A stretch of DNA of 64,000 nucleotides from contig CAWBQK010000006.1 in the NCBI GenBank assembly GCA_963791045.1, forward strand, positions 160,001 through 224,000, read 5' to 3'. A program made the translations under genes and the position numbers. This document shows positions 28,029-37,165 of this stretch, one piece after another. Every line of letters starts with the position of its first letter. Positions within the stretch are counted from its first letter, which is position 1. Source of the DNA: Candidatus Latescibacterota bacterium (GTDB lineage: Bacteria; Krumholzibacteriota; Krumholzibacteriia; WVZY01). The notes under the pieces were generated by a model. The model made no database searches, was not told the DNA's origin, and was given only the letters and a program-made list of their open reading frames with translations.

Positions 28029-28726
28029 TGAAGATTGCGATACTTTGTGACTTCGACGGTACCGTCGCACGGGATGACGTCGGGAATCTTTTGTTTCAAA
28101 AGTTTGCCGATGCCAAACAGTCCCGTGCGGTCGTCCGCAAGTGGAAAGAAGGGTCGATCTCGTCCAGAGAATGTCTCGAACGCGAGGCCGAGCTGGCCAG
28201 TGTGTCCCGCGAAATCGCTCGACAAGTTTATCGCAAAGCGCAAGCTGGATCCGTATTTCAAGGACTTTGTAGATTTTGCCCGTCGCCGCGAAATGGAGAT
28301 CGTCATCGTGAGTGACGGGCTCGATTATTATATCGAGAAAATGTTGATCCGCACCGGGCTCGCGCATCTCGATTTCTATGCCAACTCGCTCAAACTCAAC
28401 GAAGACAAACTCCATGTGAGGTTTCCGTTTTATGACATGCTCGATTGCCAGTCCTGCGGCAACTGCAAGACGTATCACATGGAGAAATACAAGGCCGACG
28501 GTTACTTTGTCGTATACGTTGGGAATGGATTTTCCGATCGCTGCCCGTCGGAATATGCCGATCTGGTTTTTGCGAAAGGGCGAGCTGCTCCGCTACTGTC
28601 GCAAGAACGGAGTTGAATCGGATGGCATTCGATAATTTCCGCGATGTCGAGCGCGAACTACTCCAGCCGATTTGTTCTCAATGGGGAGTAACGGTCCCGG
28701 CAGCAGCCGTCGCGCGGATTGAGTGA
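28028..28726 (+). CDS. MtnX-like HAD-IB phosphatase (frameshifted; 3' end approximate)
   Basis: CDFDGT, IVSDG.DYYI, CGNCK, YVGNG.SD.C, ADLVFAK across adjacent ORFs. Confidence 0.8.
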
Positions 28727-29118
28727 CGCGGTCGTGTTTACTCGGTCCCCGGGTCGAGTACCCTCGTCGCTCGTTGCGTTACCCACCATCGCCATAAAAT
28801 CATTCAGTTCCAGTTTGGTAAATCTCTCCCTTATCGATATAGGCATTCAACTCGTCTCTCGATAGCGGCGATCTCCTGCGGGTAGAATTCCTGCCCATGG
28901 CGGCCTCGGCGTTGAATCGCGTCATGATTCCGTCGATCTCTTCGCGTTGTGCGTCCGTGGTTCCTCGGGAAGACAGTTCTTCATAAACATCGCTGATCGA
29001 TCCCTCGAAGACGGTGAATTTCCGGGCGGCGATGCGTCTCCGACGAACAGCAAGAGGGTGAGACCCGCGACGATTCCGAGGGTAGGATAACAATCGCAAT
29101 TCGACTTCGGGGGTCCAT
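28658..29118 (-). CDS. Hypothetical membrane-anchored protein (frameshifted; ends approximate)
   Basis: Joined frames give a TM (LGIVAGLTLLLFV) then a helical segment (SISDVYEEL..QREEIDGIMTRF..LELNDFMAMV). Confidence 0.4.
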
Positions 29119-29119
29119 C

Positions 29120-30081
29120 GATCAAGTCCTTTCCCAAGGTAGGTTTCGAGAACCACTCGACGGTGGCGTCGGTGGCCTCGACAAGCGCGCCGCGTCGGAT
29201 TGAAAATTGCCGCTCGTCGGCGAACGGACTCTGCGGATAGAATGCCAAAAGGTGCCCGGTTTGAAGAATGAGAAACCTTTATCGTCGAGGCTGTCTTCCG
29301 CGCGGTAAAGCACCTGCGCGGCGCGATACGTTGACGGCCAGGTCCATGCTCCCGTGGACGATGAGATGGGGTGCCCGGAGCGTGGGATTTGCTTTTGAAG
29401 ATCGTATAGGTCGCATGTTGGCCTCGAGGTCTTCGAGATATTGTACGTCGACACTGAGAGCCGTGTGCCGTCGGCGGGTCGGTAAAATCGTAGAGTTCCC
29501 GCCTGCCGCCATTTTTCGTTTTTGCCGGCGTGTGAAGATATCCGGGTGTCGGGGAACGACCAGGTGCAGAGCGCGCCGGACGGAGTCCATTGCTCGTCGC
29601 GTCGATGAAGAAAAGCGGCGACACCACCACGGCTGTGGCCAAAAAGCCCAAGCGACGGAGTGCCGGGCCCGTGTACTCGGCAAGACAGTCTTTTCTCTGT
29701 GATAAGCGCGATCACTGCGGCGAGATCCGTATGTTCGCGTTCGAGCGTATTGATGCGAAACAGATCGGGGCGTGTATATCGGGTTGTTTTGTTACGATAC
29801 TCCGTGTAGACCCGTCATTGTCTCCGCGTGGGGCGGACTTATCCGGCTCCGGCGGAAACGTGCCGTTCAGCGAAAAATCGATCGAGAGGGCCGCCATCCC
29901 GCGTCGCGAAGCTTGCCCGCGAAAAAGGGAAAGAATCCCCACGTCTTGTAGCCCTTGAAACCATGGCAAAGCACGACGAGTCCGCTCGGCTGTCTATTCT
30001 CGGGCAGATACAAGATGCGCCCCGGACCGGGAACGCATCCGACGTGGGAATCTCGATTGTCTCGATCGGCCTCAAAATCAT
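29120..30081 (-). CDS. Alpha/beta hydrolase (heavily frameshifted)
   Basis: VVLCHGFKGYKTWGFFP, IDFSLNG, nucleophile motif GHSRGG, LIVHGSMD across frames. Confidence 0.75.
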
Positions 30082-30160
30082 ACCTCACATTAGGGGATCC
30101 CGGGCAAAGCGCAAGCGTTACTCTTGCGTAAACCCTTTTCTCACATTATCATCTATGGCT

Positions 30161-31240
30161 ATGGACGAGTAACCGCGAAAATGGTCAGAGAAGAGAAGAC
30201 CGGGACTGGACCTGATCGCGAAGAGCGGCATCCCGACGGCCGACACGGATTACCCCAGCGAACGGGCGATCTCCCTCGGCGGGGGTTCGGGTTATTCTCG
30301 CCCCGCTGTGCGGAGTGACCGATGCGGTGTTTCGCAGGATCTGTCTTGACAGTGGGGCCGATATGGCGGTTACCGAAATGATCAGTTCCGAAGGGCTCGT
30401 TCGCAACAGCCTGCACATCCGCGCGATCCGTCATCTCGATATGAGCGCCGGGCCGTTGGTCCTTCAGATTTTTGGATCCGATCCGGGAGATAATGGCAGA
30501 AGCGGCGGCAATACTATCCTCGCATATGAATCCTCGCTCATCGACATCAATTTTGGTTGTCCCGTTCGCAAGATCGTGAGCAGGAACGGCGGATCGGCTG
30601 TGCTTGAAGGACCGGCGTTTGTTGGGACGAGATTTGCGGACGCGTTGTTGAAAAAAGCACGGTGCCCGTGTCGGCCAAGATCCGTGCCGGGTTGGGACAA
30701 ACCGACGGCGGAGCATGTGGGTGAAATCGCCAGTATGATCGAAGATGCCGGAGTGTCGATGATCACCGTCCACGCCGGACAAAAGCGCAGGGGTTCAAGG
30801 GCAAAGCGGACTGGCTGCTCATCAAGGCGATCAAAGATACCGTTAAGATTCCCGTCGTCGGAAACGGTGATGTTGTGGACCCGGATAGTATGTCGGATGG
30901 TGGAAGAGACGGGGTGTGACGCGGTGATGATCGGGCGGGCCGCCATCGGCAACCCGTGGGTTTTTGATGAGATCCCGGCGGCGATTCGAAACCGAGTTGT
31001 ACCGCCGTCGCCTCCAAGAACGCGTTGAAGGGCTCCTGACGCATGTCGGATTTGCCGTCGAAAGTTACGGCGAGCCGCTCGGGATGGTCTCCTCGCGGAG
31101 GATGATGGCGGCGTATCTAAAACGAATCCCCAACGCCCGGGATCTCCGGTCGAAAATCATGCGCGTGCGAAGATTACGCGATACTGCAAGTGTTGATCCG
31201 CGAATATGTTGATGAAATCGAGTTGTTGAAATCCATAATT
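30161..31240 (+). CDS. dusB: tRNA-dihydrouridine synthase, DusB-like (frameshifted; ends approximate)
   Basis: TDAVFR, TEMISS, QIFGS, IDINFGCPV, ITVH, IPVVGNGD, VMIGRAAIGNPW. Confidence 0.85.
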
Positions 31241-31380
31241 CGGAGACCAGGGGGCGCCGGCGGGTTGCGGGCGAATGCGGGCGGGCTGACATGTCTGAAG
31301 GTGAATCCGCAGGGCGGTACGTCGTGCACCGAGGACTTGAACCTGAGAGCATTCCTCGACCGAACCCAAAGAGACTCCAA

Positions 31381-32160
31381 TTGGACGAAGACGCACTCAA
31401 AAAACTCCTTGGTGATTTCAAAAATGGTGAAAAGAGCGAAGGCAAGTGCTCGACGCGCTTCGTCATCTTCCCTTCGAAGATATCGGTTATGCCAAAGTCG
31501 ATCATCATCGCCACCTTCGAAAAGGATTTCCCGAAGTGGTATACGGCGAGGGCAAGACCGAGGAGCAAATTCTCGGCATCGCCGACAAGATCATCCGTAA
31601 TGGGCAAAACTTCCTCGTTACACGCATAGACGATTCGGTCGGCGACAAACTCAAGGCACTCTATCCCGACGGTGATTACTTCGAGGCGGCGCGTATATTT
31701 TCGATCGAGATCAAACCCACAGAAAATTTGGTTATGTGCTCGTCGTCACAGCGGGAACATCCGATATTCCCGTCGCGGAGGAGGCGGCGATCACCGCGTC
31801 GCTTCTCGGCTGCAATGTCGATCGTATCTTTGATGTAGGCGTCGCTGGTGTTCACCGTCTGCTCGCCTACCAGTCGATGTCGGAGGAGGCCGACGTAATC
31901 GTGGTGGCGGCGGGGATGGAGGGCGCGCTGGCCAGCGTTGTGGCAAGTCTTGACAAAGGCGCCTGTCGTCGCGCTGCCGACGAGTGTGGGTTATGGGGCG
32001 AGTTTCGAGGGGCTCTCGGCGCTTCTCGGAATGTTGAACACTTGCGCGTCGGGTGTGAGCGTCGTGAATATCGATAACGGATTTGGCGCGGGTTGTGTTG
32101 CCGCGCTCATTTGCGCGCGGGCGCACAAGCTCGCCGCGAGAAATCGAGAAGAAATCATGA
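31381..32160 (+). CDS. larB: Nickel-pincer cofactor biosynthesis protein LarB (frameshifted)
   Basis: [66 protein letters not shown]. Confidence 0.9.
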
Positions 32161-33323
32161 CAAAAGCACTGTTGATCGATCCGTTTTCGGGCGACGAGTG
32201 GAGACATGTTTCTCGCGGCGCTCGTCGATGTCGGCGCGCCGTTCGAGACGATCCGCGACACAGTCCTTTCTATTCCGGAGTTGGGATCAGTTCGAGCCGA
32301 GGTTCAGAAAGGTCACACGCGGCGTTTTCGCCGCGACGCGGATCGAAGTGTCTTGCCCCGAGCAGCATCACCATCGGTCGATTTCAAATATTCGTGCGAT
32401 CATCGAAGGATCGAACTGTCAGCGGGAGTGAAAGCGGGCGCGATCGCCACGTTTGACAGGCTTGCCGACGCCGAAGCCAAAGTTCACGGGAGTGACAGGG
32501 AGGACGTTCATTTCCATGAAGTCGGTGCGCTCGATGCGATGTTCGACATTATCGGTGCTCATGTGGCGCTCGAATCGCTTGGCTCTCCGCTGTGCCTCAC
32601 GCGGCCATGTGTCCTTTGGACCGGGAACGACGATGTGCCAGCACGGTGAGATCCCCATCCCCGTGCCGGCGACGACCGAACTTCTTTCCGGGCACAAGGT
32701 CCGGTTTACCGAACGGAACGGAGAACTGGTCACGCCGACGGGCGCGGCGATTATTGCGGAAGTTTTCAAACCGATCGGACCGGACGACTCTTTGTGCCGG
32801 AAGCGTTGGTTACGGTGCGGGTACTCGTGAGAACGAGGGGCTTCCCAATGTGCTCCGCGCAATGATCGGAACCGTTGAGGAGGGTCCGGCCAGGGTATGC
32901 ATCGTGACCAGCACGATCGATGATATGAACCCGGAAGTCTACGGCCACCTCATGGATGGCCTGTTCGCCGAGGGATGTCTCGATGTGTACTACAATTCTG
33001 TAATGATGAAAAAGAACCGTCCTGGCGTCGAGATCACGGTGACAACCGAGGAAAAGGATGTCTATCGCATCATCGATTTTCTGATGACGCATACGACGAC
33101 GCTTGGGGTTCGTGTGAATCGCGAAGAACGCGTCGAACTTCGCCGGCGCAAGGATACGGTCAAGACGTCGTTCGGGACCGTTACCGTCAAAGTGGCCGAG
33201 CGCCCCGGTGGTGTCGAGACGATGAGTCCCGAATACGAATCGTGCAAGGTGGCCGCGGAGTCGGCGGGTGTCCCGCTAATGGATGTATACGAGGCGGCAA
33301 GAAGGGCATGGGAAAAACGTTGA
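32157..33323 (+). CDS. larC: Nickel-pincer cofactor nickel insertase LarC (frameshifted)
   Basis: [14 protein letters not shown], His cluster, [56 protein letters not shown]. Confidence 0.9.
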
Positions 33324-34069
33324 AATCAAAACGAATCGTCGGAGTCTTCGCCGTAGTCGTTGCGCTCGCGTCGCTTGCCCTGTTGTGGGGATGCGCGAAA
33401 CAGACCAAATCGCCGGCGGAAAAAGTGTATCTCCACAAAGTCGAGTCGGGTGAGACCCTCTCGGGGATTGCCGAAGATTATTATGGCAACGCGTCTCGTG
33501 GCGTCGTTATCGGAGAGTTCAACGCCGTCGACGACGAAGCCTTGAAGCCCGGAATGGTTATTAGGGTGCCGATGACGCAGGAAGACGTTGACCGGCTTAC
33601 GACGCGCGAGCGGGCGCGGGAGCCTTACAATGAAGGTCTGGAGTTGGCCGAGAACGGGTCTTACATCGATGCCGTAGAGCGGTTCAACGAGGCTCTGGCG
33701 ATCGACCCGGATTTCGTCGATGCCGAATACAACCTCGGTGTTACTCTCAAGATGCTTAAATCATACGAGAAAGCAATTCGTCACCTGGACAGGGCCGTCG
33801 AACTTCGGCCGGATAATTCCGAGTATCGTTTCGCGCTGGGGAACTGCCTTTTTCACATCAATCGTTTTGGGGATGCGGCCGATTCGTTCGAGAAGGTCGT
33901 CGCGGCGGACTCGTCTCAGACCAAAGCGCTTTACAGTCTCGCGGTGTGTTATGAGAAGCTTGGGCGTCGCGAGAAGGCTATTCAGGCCTGGGAGCGTTAC
34001 CTCGTGCTCGATCCGACGAGCGCGTGGGCGATCGAGGCGCGCAAACGGCTCGACGAACTGAAGAATTGA
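33308..34069 (+). CDS. LysM-TPR lipoprotein
   Basis: Lipobox LWGC; LysM HKVESGETLSGIAEDYYG; TPRs AEYNLG, RFALGN, ALYSLA. Confidence 0.85.
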   Translation: MGKTLKSKRIVGVFAVVVALASLALLWGCAKQTKSPAEKVYLHKVESGETLSGIAEDYYGNASRGVVIGEFNAVDDEALKPGMVIRVPMTQEDVDRLTTRERAREPYNEGLELAENGSYIDAVERFNEALAIDPDFVDAEYNLGVTLKMLKSYEKAIRHLDRAVELRPDNSEYRFALGNCLFHINRFGDAADSFEKVVAADSSQTKALYSLAVCYEKLGRREKAIQAWERYLVLDPTSAWAIEARKRLDELKN

Positions 34070-34112
34070 AACAATTTCAACAATCTTTGACATTGAAATC
34101 ATCGGTTTATGA

Positions 34113-35540
34113 ATGATCCAACTGGACCGCATTTCCGTCTCGCTCCCCCCCAACCGTTCCGACGCAAAAACCATTCTTGAACATATTTCGATGACCATCG
34201 GCGCCGGCGAGTGGGTGGCTCTGACCGGTCCCAACGGATCGGGGAAGTCGACTCTTTTAAAGACGCTGGCCGGGCTTTACCCGGCCCGGGAGGGTAGAGT
34301 CCGGTTTGGCGATGACGCGGAAGGATCGGCCGCACCGAGGCCGCGTATGGCCATTCTACTCCAGGAGCCGGACAACCAGTTTGTGGCGAGTTCTGTGGCC
34401 AACGAACTGGAGCTGAGCCCGCCGCCCGGCATCGCCGCCGTCGAGCGCGCGTCGCGGATTGAAGAGGCGATCGAGCGGTTCGGCCTTCGGGCATTCGTTG
34501 AGCGCAACCCGCACCGGCTCTCGGGAGGGGAGAAGCAGAGACTTGCCGTGGCGACCGTTTGGCTCGCCGCTCCCGATGTGCTCCTCCTCGACGAACCCAC
34601 ATCGTATCTCGATTCTGATGCGAGAAATCGTTGTGTCGAATTTGTCGGGACAATGAAACGTGAAGGGGTAACGATCGTGTGGGCGACGCCCGGCGGAGAG
34701 GATCTTCTCGATGCCGACAGGGTGGTATGTCTCGATAAGGGTCGCGTGTGTCATGACGGCCCGGCGCAAACCATCGGAGAATGGATCGAAAAATCCGGTG
34801 TGGATATTATTCCGCCGTTAAGCGGGTGCGCGGATGCGCCGATAAACCTGGCGGCGGACGGTGAGAAATCACCGGACACCGCGGAGGTGTTGATCTCACT
34901 TCGCGACGTTGGGTTTGCATATGACGAGGGCAACGTCCTGACCGGTGTGAACGCGGAGATCCGCGCGGGCGAGGTAGTGGGGATTTCCGGCAAGAATGGC
35001 TCGGGAAAATCGACGCTGCTGTCGCTCGTGGGTGGTGTGCTCGAACCGACCGATGGGGTTGTCGACCGCAAATACGAAAGTCCCGTCGTCCGACAGCCGG
35101 ATGGTGGTTCGGAGCAGGCCGTGTTCTATTTGTTTCAGAGCCCGGAGCGGCTGTTTTTTGCCGAAACGGTGGCCGAAGAAATCGCCTTCGGGTTGAAGTC
35201 CCTCGGGGTTGACGAGAGGGAAGCGACGTCGATCGTCGCCGAGTCACTGGACCGAGTGGGACTCGATCCGGATTCGTTCTCGTCGCGATCGCCCTTCTCC
35301 CTGAGCCTCGGCGAGATGCGCCGGGTCGCCTTCGCGATTGCCCTGGCGCTTCGCCCAAAACTCCTGTTGCTCGATGAGCCCAACTCCTGTCTCGACCGCG
35401 CCGGTCTGGAAGTGCTCGCCCGACTCATCGCTGATTTCAGCGCCCGGGGTTGTGCCGTTGTCATGGCCTCGCACGACGCACGGGTTCTCCGCGGGATGAC
35501 CCGCCGCGTCATCGACGTATCAGATGGTTTCTCGCCATGA
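34113..35540 (+). CDS. ECF-type transporter ATPase with two fused ABC domains
   Basis: GPNGSGKST / QEPDNQF / LSGGEKQR / LLDEP and GKNGSGKST / FQSPE / LSLGEMRR / LLDEP. Confidence 0.9.
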   Translation: MIQLDRISVSLPPNRSDAKTILEHISMTIGAGEWVALTGPNGSGKSTLLKTLAGLYPAREGRVRFGDDAEGSAAPRPRMAILLQEPDNQFVASSVANELELSPPPGIAAVERASRIEEAIERFGLRAFVERNPHRLSGGEKQRLAVATVWLAAPDVLLLDEPTSYLDSDARNRCVEFVGTMKREGVTIVWATPGGEDLLDADRVVCLDKGRVCHDGPAQTIGEWIEKSGVDIIPPLSGCADAPINLAADGEKSPDTAEVLISLRDVGFAYDEGNVLTGVNAEIRAGEVVGISGKNGSGKSTLLSLVGGVLEPTDGVVDRKYESPVVRQPDGGSEQAVFYLFQSPERLFFAETVAEEIAFGLKSLGVDEREATSIVAESLDRVGLDPDSFSSRSPFSLSLGEMRRVAFAIALALRPKLLLLDEPNSCLDRAGLEVLARLIADFSARGCAVVMASHDARVLRGMTRRVIDVSDGFSP

Positions 35541-35641
35541 TCTTGTTTGCTATTAGAGGTGGGCGGACACTTAGGGGCCGAAAACTAAGAGACGGTTCTG
35601 GTACCATACTCAGGCCCGATGAAGATTTTAGGAAGGACGAA

Positions 35642-37114
35642 ATGTTGAAGAATTTGTCAGCAAGAATTGGTATTGGAATAATTATCCTGCTATTTTGCTT
35701 TTCCAAAACCGCTCAGGCCACTGAAGGGACAAAATTTAATCTGCTTCTCAATCCGAAAATGAGCTCGGAAAATTCATTTTCGGGAAGGTTATTTATTTTA
35801 CTTGAAAGAGATCCATACTTTCTGCCCATGAATCGCACAAGACCATCAAATAACTCGCCGTGGTTTTCAACAGATATAGAATCTTGGAAATTAAATACAA
35901 ATCTGGTAATTGATGACGGGCTTTTGGGTTATCCGTATTCACCGGAGGACTTACCAGCAGGTATGTATTTGGCTCAGGCAGTGCTGGATATCAATAAGTA
36001 TGAACCTGGTTTTTTAAATAACCAGGGGAACTTCTACTCCAAACCAATAGCCATATATGTCGAGAAAGATAAACAGAAGGTGTATAACCTTATTTTAGAT
36101 CAGACAATTGAAGATACCTCCCCGGCAGAAACTCCCTTCCTTTTTGCCGCAAAATTAAAGAGTAATATCTTAACCGAATTTAATGGATACCCCACCTACC
36201 TCAAAGGAGCTGTCCATTTACCCGAGAACTATTTTGTCGATGTTCATCAATATTATCCGATTGTCTTTATATTGCCTGGTTTTGGCACCGCCTACGACAA
36301 GGCTTTTCAGGATGATTTCCAAAGGCAAAGATATGGTGTAACAAGCTATGGAAAGGATAAGATATTTATATTTTTGGATCAGGCCTGTCGGTTGGGCAAC
36401 CATGTTTGGGCAGATTCAGAAAATAATGGTCCCTGGGGCAGAGCTTTTGTGGAAGAACTCATTCCTTATATTAACAAAACATACAGAGTCACCACTGATC
36501 CTGATAAGCGATTTCTGCTGGGACAATCCTCAGGGGCATGGGCTGGATTGTGGCTCCAAATAAATAATCCCAAGAAATTCGGCGGGGTTTGGGCTCTTTC
36601 ACCTGATCCTATTGATTTCACTTCGTTTTTGGGAGTAAACATTTATTCAGGGGAAAGCAGTTTATATCAATCATCAGATCCAAAGGTTATTCAACGGACT
36701 TTGATGTTGTCAAAAATCGACCAGGTTTTTGGATCCGGCTGGGCTGTGAGTACATTTGAAGCGGTTTTCAGTCCAAGAAATAAGAAGGGAGAACCGCAGC
36801 AATTGTGGAATAGACAAACTGGCAAAATAGATTCAAAGGTGGCCCGAGCATGGGAAAAATATGATATCCATAAAATTATAAAACAGAAATGGACCATATT
36901 AATGCCGGATATCCAGGATAAAATTCATATCTATGTTGCAGAGGATGATCCCTTTGGTCTTCATATTCCAGTTCAAATGCTTCAAAAAACAATCAAAGAT
37001 GAAAATCTTGAGGGAATTGAAGCCCTGGTTTTCCCAGGCGGCGGACATGATCTCTGGTCAGATGAAATGAGGGAAAAAATATACACTACGATCAATTCTA
37101 AAATTACAGACTAA
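35642..37114 (+). CDS. Exported esterase-family alpha/beta hydrolase, AT-rich (probably horizontally acquired)
   Basis: Signal peptide; ADSENNGPWG..EELIP, GQSSGAW, SPDP.DF, GGGH; visibly lower GC than flanking genes. Confidence 0.82.
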   Translation: MLKNLSARIGIGIIILLFCFSKTAQATEGTKFNLLLNPKMSSENSFSGRLFILLERDPYFLPMNRTRPSNNSPWFSTDIESWKLNTNLVIDDGLLGYPYSPEDLPAGMYLAQAVLDINKYEPGFLNNQGNFYSKPIAIYVEKDKQKVYNLILDQTIEDTSPAETPFLFAAKLKSNILTEFNGYPTYLKGAVHLPENYFVDVHQYYPIVFILPGFGTAYDKAFQDDFQRQRYGVTSYGKDKIFIFLDQACRLGNHVWADSENNGPWGRAFVEELIPYINKTYRVTTDPDKRFLLGQSSGAWAGLWLQINNPKKFGGVWALSPDPIDFTSFLGVNIYSGESSLYQSSDPKVIQRTLMLSKIDQVFGSGWAVSTFEAVFSPRNKKGEPQQLWNRQTGKIDSKVARAWEKYDIHKIIKQKWTILMPDIQDKIHIYVAEDDPFGLHIPVQMLQKTIKDENLEGIEALVFPGGGHDLWSDEMREKIYTTINSKITD

Positions 37115-37165
37115 AGAAGAACCGTTAAGGATAGGAGACTGGTTGGCATTCGGTGTCCCGCCGCC

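Noticed and set aside
31938-32456. Apparent LarB-LarC fusion ORF
   Set aside because: An ATGA start/stop overlap at 32157-32160 fits two genes, and the region is indel-rich.
26393-32830. Programmed frameshifting or stop-codon recoding
   Set aside because: Too many shifts in unrelated genes, with no consistent slippery motif; error is the simpler explanation.
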